Virus record (IMG/VR): IMGVR_UViG_3300034101_005442
Coordinates: 1 to 52,128 of that record
DNA length: 52,128 bases
Source of the DNA: a virus
Taxonomy: Duplodnaviria; Caudoviricetes
Strand: one strand, 5' to 3'
This document shows positions 1 through 10,824 of this stretch, piece after piece. How positions within the stretch are numbered: the stretch's first letter is position 1; every line of letters starts with the position of its first letter. The notes under the pieces were generated by a model that was not told the DNA's origin, did no database searches, and saw only the letters and a list, made by a program, of their open reading frames with translations. The translations under genes and the position numbers were made by a program.

Positions 1-187
1 GAATATATGCGCTAGTATTTCCTACCTTACTTTGAGTGGTACTAATTACTGCTCCATTATATGAGGTTAAAGTCATTGCTTGAGAACTACTATCAGTAAA
101 AGTAGTACTATTATTACTTCCATCAAAGTGTAAAAGTAAACTTGCTGGATAGGTTCGTTGTGTTGATGCTAATAGCGCATTATTCAT
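1..187 (-). CDS. LamG/concanavalin A-like virion protein, N-terminal part (runs off window)
   Basis: Not in the ORF track. Manual translation from ATG at 187 gives MNNALLASTQRTYPASLLLHFDGSNNSTTFTDSSSQAMTLTSYNGAVISTTQSKVGNTSAYI. LLLHFDG..STTFTDSS..ISTxQSK is the usual start of phage LamG-like domains. Starts directly after the stop of the 189..2549 gene. Confidence 0.75.
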   Translation of the reverse strand, partial: MNNALLASTQRTYPASLLLHFDGSNNSTTFTDSSSQAMTLTSYNGAVISTTQSKVGNTSAYI

Positions 188-188
188 A

Positions 189-2549
189 TCAGTTGCTCTT
201 ACTGCCTATATAGTGACCTTCTACAATTCCACTTCCTATCCCTCTTAATAGTACGATATGTCTGCCGCTTGGTAATGGAGAATCTGGTTGTCGGTACCAA
301 TCGTTAACTATGGTCCAAGTAACGCTAGTATTTCCGCTGGAAAAAATATTGAGCGTAGTTTCTCTTGATACAGAGTTACTTGATGGCCAACCAGTTCCTG
401 TTGTGAAAGTTGTTGCAACTCCGTTAAGTGTTAAAGTCTGGATTTGACGATCTTGACCACAATTAATAGCATTAGTTCCACTTATGGTTCCAAGATTAAA
501 TACTGAAGTATCATATAGACCAACACCAGATCCGTTCAATTGTAAACTATTAGTAAAATTACCACTATTAGCGGTTATTAATCCACTAACTTGTAATTCG
601 CTAGATGGAATAGCGGTTCCAATACCTATTCTATCATTATTTCTGTCAGTACACAAAAGAGTGCTTGAGCCATAACCATATAATGTCAATCCGTTTTCTG
701 CGTCTAATAAGAAACTAGTATTGGTGCTAGAGTCAAGAAAATAAATAGAGCCTAAACCGGCGGCAACATTAGTGACGGACTGATTAATATATAGAGTATC
801 TGTTGATAAACTGCCGCCGATTGATGGACCAGCATTAACGAACATGCAGTTAATTGTACCGGCTATGTTTGGGTCTACGTTTAAAGAGCCATCTATAGAG
901 AACGTGTCATATTGGGCATCAATATCTACAAAAGTTTGATCTGATCTAGCTATTATTAATCTTCCATTAGTCAAAAATGATGCTGATGGAGTTCCGCTAA
1001 GATTTGATAGTCCTATTCCTCCTATTGTAAGTGTTGGTCTATTATTTACCCCTGTGATAGATATCAAGTTTAAAACATTTTTATTATTCCCACTCAAATA
1101 TAAATTACTATTAGCATTAATTCCTATATTAGACCCATCACTAGTTAATATTCTATTATTTCCACTATTGGCTATATTTGGTAATAGTCCACTAACACCA
1201 CTATTAAAATTAGTAATGCTACTACTAGGAATTCCAGTGACTCCTATAGTTATACTCCCTGAACCATTAATTATACCAATACCACTAACAGTAGTTAAAG
1301 TATTAGCAACTAAACTTATTCCGCTACCAATTAGTAATTGTCCATTACTATATGTTGAAGTATTTGTTCCTCCTTTAGAAACAGATAGTACTCCAGTAAT
1401 TTGAGAGGTATTTATATTCGTCAATAGCGCTAATGTTCCGCTGGTATTTGGCAGATTTAATACTATATTATTTCCATCTGCTGTTGTGGTGCGTAATGTG
1501 GTATTAGCAGAAGCAAGGGTGGTTGCTGGAGTCACATCAAATATTAATCTACTAGCACTAACACCACCTCCATTATCAAAATAATGTACCACACCTATAC
1601 CACTATTACCAGCAAACAACAGTTGTTCATCGTAGCCTGGACTATTAGCTCCTTTGCCTATTAATAGTTCTCTAGTATCTATATAATTAGTACCACCATC
1701 ATTATAGGAAGTAGAAACACTATTTATACCTAAACCATTACTGGTTTTACCAAATAAAACAACAGCATCCGCCGACGAGCCCAGTTCTATTGGGGTATTT
1801 ATACCATTGCCAACTACCTTTAAACCATCAGCAAATGTTTTAACTCCGCTAATAGTTTGAGTTCCAATAGTTCTAACAATATTACTACTATCAAAATTAC
1901 CACTATGCCAAACTCCAGTACCATTAACTTGTAAAGATTGAGTAAAATTCCCGCTATTAGCTGTTACTAGTCCGCTAACTTGTAACTTACTGGTTGGAGA
2001 ACCAACTCCTATTCCAACATTACCACCACTAGTCATAATAAAATCATTTTGTCCAAAACGACCAGCAACTACTCGGTCATCACTAAAAACTTCAAATACT
2101 GGTAATCCAGCATCATTATTAACACTCATTAAACTTCCGCTAAGATTGTCTGTCACGGAAAATAGTGTTCCTTTGGTTCCGGCCACGTTTAGTATGGTCG
2201 CCCCACTAGTTGAACTATAAACATCCAATGGAATACTAGTAAAACTATTTTGATTAATATTAACCTTGCTAGCTAGTATCTGGGTAAAAGACCCAGAAGT
2301 TCCTATGTTGAGAGTTTTGGATGGAAGTGGTCTGATTTCACCGTTTTGTTCAAAAATTATATCAACATCATTAATACCATTACCAATATAAACGTCTCTA
2401 CTAGCATCTCCAATAATTAAATTTCCACTAGTGGTAGATAGTGCTAAATCATTAGTTGCTGTTAATTCAATCTTTGCTAACGAGGCTGCTCCAAGATCTT
2501 GATAAAAGTCTATTTTGCCACTAGCAGGAGTTATAATAATGTCGCTCAT
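189..2549 (-). CDS. Tail fibre / virion structural protein
   Basis: 786 aa, G/S/T/N-rich, with repeated GNVGIG..SPTSKLQVSG / RIGIGT..PSSELQVSG motifs and a GTQTISGVKTF motif typical of phage fibres; lies in the fibre cluster. Confidence 0.7.
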   Translation of the reverse strand: MSDIIITPASGKIDFYQDLGAASLAKIELTATNDLALSTTSGNLIIGDASRDVYIGNGINDVDIIFEQNGEIRPLPSKTLNIGTSGSFTQILASKVNINQNSFTSIPLDVYSSTSGATILNVAGTKGTLFSVTDNLSGSLMSVNNDAGLPVFEVFSDDRVVAGRFGQNDFIMTSGGNVGIGVGSPTSKLQVSGLVTANSGNFTQSLQVNGTGVWHSGNFDSSNIVRTIGTQTISGVKTFADGLKVVGNGINTPIELGSSADAVVLFGKTSNGLGINSVSTSYNDGGTNYIDTRELLIGKGANSPGYDEQLLFAGNSGIGVVHYFDNGGGVSASRLIFDVTPATTLASANTTLRTTTADGNNIVLNLPNTSGTLALLTNINTSQITGVLSVSKGGTNTSTYSNGQLLIGSGISLVANTLTTVSGIGIINGSGSITIGVTGIPSSSITNFNSGVSGLLPNIANSGNNRILTSDGSNIGINANSNLYLSGNNKNVLNLISITGVNNRPTLTIGGIGLSNLSGTPSASFLTNGRLIIARSDQTFVDIDAQYDTFSIDGSLNVDPNIAGTINCMFVNAGPSIGGSLSTDTLYINQSVTNVAAGLGSIYFLDSSTNTSFLLDAENGLTLYGYGSSTLLCTDRNNDRIGIGTAIPSSELQVSGLITANSGNFTNSLQLNGSGVGLYDTSVFNLGTISGTNAINCGQDRQIQTLTLNGVATTFTTGTGWPSSNSVSRETTLNIFSSGNTSVTWTIVNDWYRQPDSPLPSGRHIVLLRGIGSGIVEGHYIGSKSN

Positions 2550-2550
2550 A

Positions 2551-5085
2551 TTATCCGCCTAATATAGTTTTAAATTGTGTGAGTGATGATTTTACCCTAA
2601 CTGGTACTCTAGTATTTAGATAATTAATAACAGGATCAGCTTCTGAAAAACCGTTTGAGTTTTCTATACTAATGTCCAAATCTTTTTCCCACCATCCTAA
2701 CCTACTGTTATTAGCAGAATTAAGACATCCTATTCCTACGCTCAAATAATAGTCAAAAGGAAGTTTTGGAAGTGTAAGAGTTCTATTTTCCCAAACATTA
2801 GAACTGCTTGTAAATTGTACACTAATATCTCGGAAGCCAACTCCGGCTGTAACGTTAGCACTATCAAATGTTATTATACTTTCGCTATTATTATGATAAA
2901 GCCCATTGTTATAACCATCAGAATAATGTCTAGCATATATATAAGGATAATTAGTATTGCCACTTGCTGTTTTCACAGAACCTCTGATAAACACCCTACT
3001 ATTAGCAGGAACATATATGTCATTATTAAAACCCATCCATCCGCTTTCATCTCTATCTGGATATATTCTCCATGCTGTCTCATTAAGGTCATAAATTCTC
3101 AATGCTCTTCTATTCCAACTAATATTTTTACCATATTTAAAATTATAGCCATTACAAATAAACTGCTGAGTAAACGCTGACTTAGCGTCCAGGCGGCCTT
3201 GAGCACCGTCTGTTAAATTAACGTTATCAATATATAATCCAAGACCATTATAATTTGTCACATCCCAAGAGTTTCCAAGATAACAATTATTCATAACTGT
3301 CATATTGGTTCGTTCACCATAAGGCCAGGAAACAAAATAATCTATATAACAATTATCTATATAATTATTACCATTTTGATAGACCATAACAAATGGGCGA
3401 CTCAGCATAAATAACATATAGTTTTGTCTAAATTTTGCTGATGTTTCGTACCATTGATTGATAGAAAATCCAGCGTTGGGATTTCTAGTAGCAAAATTAT
3501 ATGCTACTTCTGTGGTAGTACCATACATTCCTTCTAAATATATTTGATCACCATATCTTGCTGCTATATTATTAAAAAATCCATGATCATTGCCATATCG
3601 AGCAAAAGCCCAACTATTAGTATTATAACTAACACAATTCCTAATATTTAAAAAATGATGATCCCACCAAAAACCACAATTGCGATTATTACGTTCTGTC
3701 GGATTTATAACAATGCCATCAAAGTAACTGGTATAACTTGTTCCTATTCCACTTGCTGTAGTATTTTGATAGCTAAAACTACCTCTTAGTCCTATCGCTC
3801 CATAATCAGCGCTATTAGTATTTGCTCCAACATTAATTAAACAATTAGTAATTCTCATTCTTCTAGTATGATTATTAGATAAGTTATTAGAATAGATAAA
3901 ACTTCGTTGGTCAGCACCATGCAGAGTACCTTCTGGAGCTTTTATCTTTGTGTCTCTATTCAGATTAACTACAATTCCACCAACTCCAGCTTTTACGTTT
4001 CTTTGCAATGTGGTAGTTGCAGGAGATGTAAATCCACCAGTCAGAGTTATAACTTTTGTTGTTGTATTAATAGCTGAAATAGTATAATCCATAATATTAT
4101 CCCAGCTAGTAGCATTACTATACTGTGGATCATTAACAGGAACCATGATCAAATCGCCAACACTAAAACCATTAGTATTATTAACAGTAATAGTATTAGT
4201 TCCTTGATTACTATTAGCAGTAACAATAGCAGCTATTCTAAGAACAATATCTCCTGATATATGACTTTTTTCTAACCCTGTTCTATATATAGTTTCTCCT
4301 ATTATGCTTCCTGAAGGAGTACCAGACAATGTTAATAAATTAGTAGCATAATTAATATCCGTTATAGTCAGAATATTTCTATTAGCTCCAGTACCAAAAA
4401 TAATCTTATAGCCAACTCTCATTACACTAGCATCAGAGACTGTTACAGTAGCTCCAGTTGTTGCAGATATAATTGTTGATGGACTAACAAAATGTCGAAA
4501 ATAAATAGTATTACCACTTACATCATGTATCCACATCCCCTCATCGCTTTTTAAGAACTGATAAGCCTTATTAGTATAATCATTTCTATAAACTGTTATC
4601 CAATCACCGGCTGCAAAATTACTAGCATCAACAACACTAAGAGAAGTATCATTATTATTAGCGTTACTCGCCAGGGTAGTTTTAGGGTTAGGATTAGTTC
4701 CTTCTATTTCACAAGTGACATATTGGTGGGCCTGTATTTGTAGTCGGTGTTGTTCAGCATTACTTCCCTTAAATTCTAACAAGCTGCCAGGATCCATTCT
4801 AAAAAATCCAGCACTATTTGTGTTTTCGGTAAACCATGTGGTATAAGAAGCGGTATTGTCAACATAAAGGATCCCATTCATCCTTAGTTTGCCGGTACTT
4901 GTTATTACTAATTTACCTCTAACAAAACTATCATCAAATCCATTTGTTACTCTGCGATCATCATTAATAGTAACAACATGGCCATAATTAACAATGAAAA
5001 TATCAGCATCAACAGGCACAGGATTTCCGCCCCATGTTGCTGTGCTATTAAAATTACCGCTTTGAGTACTAGTTCGTGTTGCCAT
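2551..5085 (-). CDS. Virion protein with G8-like N-terminus and probable parallel beta-helix (tailspike/depolymerase-like)
   Basis: 844 aa. N-terminal STQSGNFNSTATWGG..VP..D..V..GH.VT motif; Asn-rich stacked repeats (NNIAAR, YNFATR, DNCYID, NNCYLG) in the C-terminal half. Confidence 0.55.
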   Translation of the reverse strand: MATRTSTQSGNFNSTATWGGNPVPVDADIFIVNYGHVVTINDDRRVTNGFDDSFVRGKLVITSTGKLRMNGILYVDNTASYTTWFTENTNSAGFFRMDPGSLLEFKGSNAEQHRLQIQAHQYVTCEIEGTNPNPKTTLASNANNNDTSLSVVDASNFAAGDWITVYRNDYTNKAYQFLKSDEGMWIHDVSGNTIYFRHFVSPSTIISATTGATVTVSDASVMRVGYKIIFGTGANRNILTITDINYATNLLTLSGTPSGSIIGETIYRTGLEKSHISGDIVLRIAAIVTANSNQGTNTITVNNTNGFSVGDLIMVPVNDPQYSNATSWDNIMDYTISAINTTTKVITLTGGFTSPATTTLQRNVKAGVGGIVVNLNRDTKIKAPEGTLHGADQRSFIYSNNLSNNHTRRMRITNCLINVGANTNSADYGAIGLRGSFSYQNTTASGIGTSYTSYFDGIVINPTERNNRNCGFWWDHHFLNIRNCVSYNTNSWAFARYGNDHGFFNNIAARYGDQIYLEGMYGTTTEVAYNFATRNPNAGFSINQWYETSAKFRQNYMLFMLSRPFVMVYQNGNNYIDNCYIDYFVSWPYGERTNMTVMNNCYLGNSWDVTNYNGLGLYIDNVNLTDGAQGRLDAKSAFTQQFICNGYNFKYGKNISWNRRALRIYDLNETAWRIYPDRDESGWMGFNNDIYVPANSRVFIRGSVKTASGNTNYPYIYARHYSDGYNNGLYHNNSESIITFDSANVTAGVGFRDISVQFTSSSNVWENRTLTLPKLPFDYYLSVGIGCLNSANNSRLGWWEKDLDISIENSNGFSEADPVINYLNTRVPVRVKSSLTQFKTILGG

Positions 5086-5293
5086 TAATATGATCTAATA
5101 TTGGTGAAGTATTTGTATTAGGAAACATTTTGTTCTCAAATGAAGTTGTATTGAAAGCTATCTCAAAAGTTGTGGCACTTTCTGTCTCTACTAAAGTAGT
5201 CTGGTTGAGTTGCACAACATCGCTATCTGGATATCGGTCATTATTTACTGTTATATTTCCAGTAGTTTTATCTATATTAACATAAATTATCAT
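5069..5293 (-). CDS. Small hypothetical protein
   Basis: 74 aa; GAGG RBS upstream; overlaps the start of the next gene; preceded by the GTGTAY motif. Confidence 0.6.
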   Translation of the reverse strand: MIIYVNIDKTTGNITVNNDRYPDSDVVQLNQTTLVETESATTFEIAFNTTSFENKMFPNTNTSPILDHINGNTN

Positions 5294-5310
5294 AAATTAC
5301 CTCAATCTGA

Positions 5311-5318
5311 TATACACT
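5311..5318 (-). promoter_or_regulatory. Candidate late promoter motif AGTGTATA
   Basis: 20 nt upstream of the start at 5293; recurrent motif. Confidence 0.5.
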
Positions 5319-6411
5319 ATAAGTACTTCTTTCTCATCACATCATAATTAGCCTTAATTTCATTAGCACTTAAAATTCGATTATATATTTTAGTACTATA
5401 TAAATGACCAAAAACAGAATGGTTTCCACAATGATTAGTATTTCCCGCCAGATTAAAAACTAAAGTTGGATGAGAATAGCTCTGAGTACCACTGTTAGAA
5501 GCCACAAGAACCCCATTCACATACATTAGTAATGTTTGAGTACCTCCAACAATAATTTGCTGAAAAGTATAGTTATATAAAGTATTGATTATATTATTAT
5601 CATAAAACACACTAAGACTAGATGATCCAGCAATATTAAAGAATAGTCTTGAGGTAGTTGCTGTGACGGTATCGAACTGTGTTCTGAGTCCTGTGTAAAG
5701 TGGTCCGTTTGGTCCGTTAAAGCCTCCTTGCTTACTAAATAAACTATATCCAGCTGCTGCTCCACAACTACTATTAACTCCGTAATAACTACTAGCTTTA
5801 TACCACATATCAATAGTCATTAAGTCAGTAAAAGGAACACTATTCACAACATTTTCATAAGCATTGCTATTAGCCCCAGTATATAATAATGCTTTATTGT
5901 CTGAGGATACTCCAGCTCCCACATTAAAATGTCTATTATTACCACTAAGATCATACCATAAATTAGAATTTGGGGTTAATACTTCTTTAATACTTAAATA
6001 ATCAATATCAAAATCTGCTCCAACATTATCAGAAGATATGCTAAAATTACCAGTAGTATTACAAGTAAATGTTCTTGAATATGTTCCAACGGGTAGACTC
6101 ATTCCACCACTAAGACTAGGAGTTGTACTTGGTCCAAAACTAGCACTCGTTGTAAGTCTTCTTGCGCTAATAGTCCAAACCATTTTATATCTTTTTCCAG
6201 CAACAGCCGGAGCTATATTAGAAAAATTAATATAATTTCCCCCGATACTGCTAATTGTTTTAACTTGACCGTCTCCAGGTGTTAACACACTGGCCTCAGT
6301 TACTAGTTCTGGCCCGTAAGAAATTGTGCCAGGATAACTTTTCTCTGTTGTAGAATCTAAATATAATATTAGTCCATCTGTTACTATTTTTGGTCCGTGT
6401 ATTCTGGTCAT
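5317..6411 (-). CDS. LamG/concanavalin A-like domain virion protein
   Basis: PKIVTDGLILYLD N-terminus, WYDLSGN, MYVNGVL and KIYNRILSANEIKANY C-terminus. Confidence 0.8.
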   Translation of the reverse strand: MTRIHGPKIVTDGLILYLDSTTEKSYPGTISYGPELVTEASVLTPGDGQVKTISSIGGNYINFSNIAPAVAGKRYKMVWTISARRLTTSASFGPSTTPSLSGGMSLPVGTYSRTFTCNTTGNFSISSDNVGADFDIDYLSIKEVLTPNSNLWYDLSGNNRHFNVGAGVSSDNKALLYTGANSNAYENVVNSVPFTDLMTIDMWYKASSYYGVNSSCGAAAGYSLFSKQGGFNGPNGPLYTGLRTQFDTVTATTSRLFFNIAGSSSLSVFYDNNIINTLYNYTFQQIIVGGTQTLLMYVNGVLVASNSGTQSYSHPTLVFNLAGNTNHCGNHSVFGHLYSTKIYNRILSANEIKANYDVMRKKYL

Positions 6412-7118
6412 AATCCAAACCTATTTTTAAGAGCGTTATAATTATTTAATACTTCACTAGCTGAAAGAACTTTATTATATACTCTTACTATAGCAATATC
6501 TCCATTATAATAATATCCTCTGCTACCAGCATATCCTCCATAAACTCCTATACTCATACCTCCATTGTTTGTAGCAATAGTTCCTGTTTGAGAGTCACTA
6601 TTTTTTAATATTCCATTAACATATAATTTTCTACTTCCTGTTATGAAAGTACCAACAACTTGAAACCAACTAGATGTATTGATTCCAGCGGCAGCAGTAG
6701 TTGTTGTAATTAATTCATTAAATGTACCAAAATTTTGTCTCCAATATATAGTATTTGATTCTTGAAATAAACTATATTGACTATTAACAGTTCCTTTTTC
6801 AAACCAAAAACCGCTTTGTGTTGTTGCATTTGTTCTTATCCAAACTTCAACTGATGGTGTTTGAGTATCGAGTAGTGTGCTATTTGGTACTCTTATAAGT
6901 CTGTTATTTGTAGTTCCATTAAAACTAAAATATTTATTACTAACAGAACTATTAAGAACCGGCTGAAAAAGACCGGCTGTTCCAAGTTCTCCTATTATAT
7001 TACTAGTACTTATATCATAGCAAGAACTTCCACTACCAGGATAACATTTAATATTTGCAAAATCCATGCAAAATACTAATCCATCAGTAACTATTTTAGG
7101 AGAATAATCTATACTCAT
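6408..7118 (-). CDS. LamG/concanavalin A-like domain virion protein
   Basis: PKIVTDGLVFCMD, SVEVWIR, KLYVNG, GDIAIVRVYNKVLSASEV motifs; paralogue of 5317..6411. Confidence 0.85.
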   Translation of the reverse strand: MSIDYSPKIVTDGLVFCMDFANIKCYPGSGSSCYDISTSNIIGELGTAGLFQPVLNSSVSNKYFSFNGTTNNRLIRVPNSTLLDTQTPSVEVWIRTNATTQSGFWFEKGTVNSQYSLFQESNTIYWRQNFGTFNELITTTTAAAGINTSSWFQVVGTFITGSRKLYVNGILKNSDSQTGTIATNNGGMSIGVYGGYAGSRGYYYNGDIAIVRVYNKVLSASEVLNNYNALKNRFGL

Positions 7119-10100
7119 TAATTCTCCTTTTCAACAACTAGATGATCAACATCCTTGCGTACTCCAGTTAATGTCCAGCAGAATTGTAGTTCTCCTAAAC
7201 TTTTGGCTCGATCAACCTTTACAATAAATCGGTCATTCTGTAAATCAATCTTATCAATATAAATAGTTTTACCATGTTTAATATTAGTAATTTGAATATT
7301 TAAAGTATCGTCATCGTGGATAAGATCTTTTAAATAAGATGGTAGAGATACTGTGCCAACGCCTTTAATCACCGTTCCTCGTCCTGTTAATCTTACTCCG
7401 TGATACGGACTTTCTAGTGAACCATATTCTAAAGAATGATCTTTTTTAGAAGGATGATCAATTCGGAAACTCTTGGTACTAGCAGCAAAACTACCGTTAA
7501 CTTGAAGCTTATATGTTGGAGTTGTTGTGCCTATGCCAACATTACCATTATTAATAACTCTAACCGCTTCTGTAGCACCATTATTTCCAACTACTAATTT
7601 AATATGATCTGTCGTACCAACATTAGTGGTTGATTTAAGAGTTAAAGAAGATCCTACTAATGTGCCTCCAGCTATACCAGCTGTTGGTCGTAGCTCGTTT
7701 TGTAAGGTCAAAGCATTAATGTCCCAAACACCAACTTGTGTTGATCCAGAAACTGCTTGATAGGTACCTCCTCCGCCAATATGAAAGTAGTGTTGACCAG
7801 TAACATAGTCTGTTATAAATGGGGCACTAATTAGTAATCTATTTTGTCTATAAAATCCATCACTAGTAAATCCAGTGCCACCCAAACTAATTTCTGCACC
7901 ATAGCTTCCATTATATAAAGATAATAATGACCTTGCTGATGTTCCAGCAGAATTATTAAGTATCTGTATACCATTATTAGAATTTGATGCTGGATTAACA
8001 TTTAATGCGTATGATGGAGTAGCTGTTCCTATTCCAACATTTCCATTATTAATTATAGCAATTCTTGATATTGGGGTGGTTGAACCAGTAGGAGCAACCT
8101 CCAAAGATAAATAACCTCCACCAGAAGTATTTGCCGCAGTATTTGGTGCATTTCCACCAAGTATACGAGCCATAATGCCTCTATTTGTAGCATTACCTCT
8201 ATCTCTACTATCAAAATCTATACTAGCAGTGCCTCCCTGATGTCCTCCTGGCCTACTGACTAATAAGTTTATTAATGGATAATTGGGATTAGTACTAGTA
8301 TCTTCTGGACTAGTAATTCTCATACCAGAATGATGGATACCAAATGCATATCCTGCGGTAGAATTAATATTAGAGCTTGATCCAATAGTGGTATTAATGG
8401 TAAGAGAACTTTCGGGAGAAGTTGTTCTTATACCAACATTTCCAGCACTAGTTATTCTTAATCTTTCAGAAGCGTCAGTATCAGCAGATTGAGATGAATT
8501 AGTATAAAATCTTATTGTTCCGTCTGAAGAATAATAATAACTAGAGAGTGCTCCAACGCTATTATGTTTTGGCATTGACCCGCTCAAATAAACATTGTAT
8601 CCTCCAGCAAAACCACCACCACCATCCATTGTTGCAACTCTAGCGAATGCCAAATTATTCAGTCTAAATTCAGTATCTGAAGTAATATATGAAGTAGATC
8701 TTATTACTCCACTAACATGTAGCTTATGTGAAGGAGAGCTTATGCCTATTCCAACATTTCCGTTAGAAGATATTCTCATGTACTCAGACAATGAGGTTGT
8801 TCCACCACCAGCCCAAAATGTTAGAGCATGATTATTGCTAGTGTCTGTTCTATTACTAACTATCCTTGCCCCAGTATATTCTGTACTGGAACTTTTTGTA
8901 ACAAAATCAATGCCAACACCAGCACCAACTCCAACTCCATTAGATCCTGTTAATAATAGTTTTAATGGCCTAACACCACTAGCAAATCCAGCAGTAGTAT
9001 TAGTATATTCTATTGTTGTATTTAAATCATTTGTATCAGTTATATGAACTTTGCTTTGTGGAGTAACTGTTCCAATACCAACATTAGTACCATTATCAAA
9101 AATTAGACTATTACTTAGTCCACTACCACCAGTTCCAAACTTGCTTAAATAATTAGCAGTCCCTACAGGTAGTAATCCGCTTACGCTGCTATTGAAATCT
9201 GTAATATTAGAACTAGTGTGAGTATGACCGCTAATGCTTACCCCAGTACCATTAACAGTTAAATTATTAACGAAATTACCACCAAATGCTGAAATAGAAT
9301 TATCAAATGCTGCAATACTTGGTCCAAAATTATAAGTCTCACTACCTCCAAAATTTATACTTAGCCCTCCACTATCATTTATTACATTAAGTGTTCCTTG
9401 ATTATTAGTAAGATTAATACCATTAACGAAATTATGAATAGCATTAACTGTTCGATTATTATCTATATGTAAGTATTGAGAGTGATCGTCATCACCTAGT
9501 CCGAATAAATTTCCATGATCATTCTGAGTAACTCCAGCAATAGTACTAATTACGGATACTCGTATATCAAGAATACTAAGTAAAGTACATTTAGGAACAT
9601 TTGTATAATCGCTATCACCAGCAAATATTAGTCGATAAAGAGGTTTAACTTCACTTAATGGAAGATTAGTAAGATTAACATCGCTCCAAGAGTTATTACT
9701 CTCAGCCGATCCTTGATTGCTATCTACTCTTTGACCCATAATACTAATTATAGGATCATCAATCTGATTAGTTGCAAGAATCCATACTGCAAAGTATCTT
9801 GTGTGTCCACCGGTGCTAACGTAAGGAATTGTCCAAGTTCCACCAGTTAATAAGTTATATTGTGGCCCATTAACATCATATTTAACAGGATAGTTTGTGG
9901 CGGTATTCTTAACCCACTGACCAGTGCTTCCTTCATGATAATAAACGGGAATTTGAGCAATTGGACTCAACTCTTGACAGAAAGGATCAGAGCTAGAACT
10001 ATCAGTAATATTTATCTCAATATCTTCTTGATAAAGAGTACCATTACCAATTGATATGGTTGCATGACTATTACTACTTCCATTTCCACTAGTAGAGTAA

Positions 10101-10750
10101 TTACTAATACTCAAGCCATCAACATATTGTGCGCCAAAAGTATTATGAATCCATTTATGGGTGCTGGTGTCCATCACAATACCATGACGTTCTTCAGCAA
10201 AAAAAGTCATTTGTCCACTAGGGCCTACTCCGCTATTCCAAGCTACATATGCGATAGGAATATCACTACTAAAATCAAAACTTGTAGTTTTATTTGATAT
10301 TTGATTATTAATAGTATCAAAATGAATATAATTAATTTGAGTAAGATTAGGTATAGTTAAACTATCACCACTAGTTTTAACAACCTTGATACCTTTATTG
10401 TAATAACTATATGAACTTCCTGTGGGTTCTATTCTAAATACATTTCCGCTAACACTAATTCTGCTATCAGTTCTATTAACAAATCCTTGAGGCTGTTGAC
10501 TATCAGTATGAACCAGATTAGTAGAAGCTATTGTATAAATTCCACTAGTATTAGTTACTGATATATCATATCCAGCAACTATATTCTGATTAATCCCACT
10601 TAATTGAGTCCATGTTGAAGTTCCATCTCCAACCTTTAATATCTTATTGCTAAGATCATATCCTGGTTCACCACTAGCTAAAGTTGGGTTTTGTGAAATC
10701 CATTGTGAACTTGATCCTTTTCTAAACTGTATATTATTTTGTCTTGGCAT
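7118..10750 (-). CDS. Long tail fibre protein with Mtd/hyaluronidase-type N-terminal anchor and C-terminal chaperone-like domain
   Basis: 1210 aa. N-terminus IQFRKG..W..NPTLASGEPGYD..KVGDG..W..L; five NVGI repeats; C-terminal KSFRIDHP..L.YGSLESP motif common at fibre C-termini. Confidence 0.8.
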   Translation of the reverse strand: MPRQNNIQFRKGSSSQWISQNPTLASGEPGYDLSNKILKVGDGTSTWTQLSGINQNIVAGYDISVTNTSGIYTIASTNLVHTDSQQPQGFVNRTDSRISVSGNVFRIEPTGSSYSYYNKGIKVVKTSGDSLTIPNLTQINYIHFDTINNQISNKTTSFDFSSDIPIAYVAWNSGVGPSGQMTFFAEERHGIVMDTSTHKWIHNTFGAQYVDGLSISNYSTSGNGSSNSHATISIGNGTLYQEDIEINITDSSSSDPFCQELSPIAQIPVYYHEGSTGQWVKNTATNYPVKYDVNGPQYNLLTGGTWTIPYVSTGGHTRYFAVWILATNQIDDPIISIMGQRVDSNQGSAESNNSWSDVNLTNLPLSEVKPLYRLIFAGDSDYTNVPKCTLLSILDIRVSVISTIAGVTQNDHGNLFGLGDDDHSQYLHIDNNRTVNAIHNFVNGINLTNNQGTLNVINDSGGLSINFGGSETYNFGPSIAAFDNSISAFGGNFVNNLTVNGTGVSISGHTHTSSNITDFNSSVSGLLPVGTANYLSKFGTGGSGLSNSLIFDNGTNVGIGTVTPQSKVHITDTNDLNTTIEYTNTTAGFASGVRPLKLLLTGSNGVGVGAGVGIDFVTKSSSTEYTGARIVSNRTDTSNNHALTFWAGGGTTSLSEYMRISSNGNVGIGISSPSHKLHVSGVIRSTSYITSDTEFRLNNLAFARVATMDGGGGFAGGYNVYLSGSMPKHNSVGALSSYYYSSDGTIRFYTNSSQSADTDASERLRITSAGNVGIRTTSPESSLTINTTIGSSSNINSTAGYAFGIHHSGMRITSPEDTSTNPNYPLINLLVSRPGGHQGGTASIDFDSRDRGNATNRGIMARILGGNAPNTAANTSGGGYLSLEVAPTGSTTPISRIAIINNGNVGIGTATPSYALNVNPASNSNNGIQILNNSAGTSARSLLSLYNGSYGAEISLGGTGFTSDGFYRQNRLLISAPFITDYVTGQHYFHIGGGGTYQAVSGSTQVGVWDINALTLQNELRPTAGIAGGTLVGSSLTLKSTTNVGTTDHIKLVVGNNGATEAVRVINNGNVGIGTTTPTYKLQVNGSFAASTKSFRIDHPSKKDHSLEYGSLESPYHGVRLTGRGTVIKGVGTVSLPSYLKDLIHDDDTLNIQITNIKHGKTIYIDKIDLQNDRFIVKVDRAKSLGELQFCWTLTGVRKDVDHLVVEKEN

Positions 10751-10824
10751 ATTTTGACCATATTGTTGAATATCCTAATATCAATTCATATTGTATAATA
10801 TTAACTATATTAGATTTGTCCAGA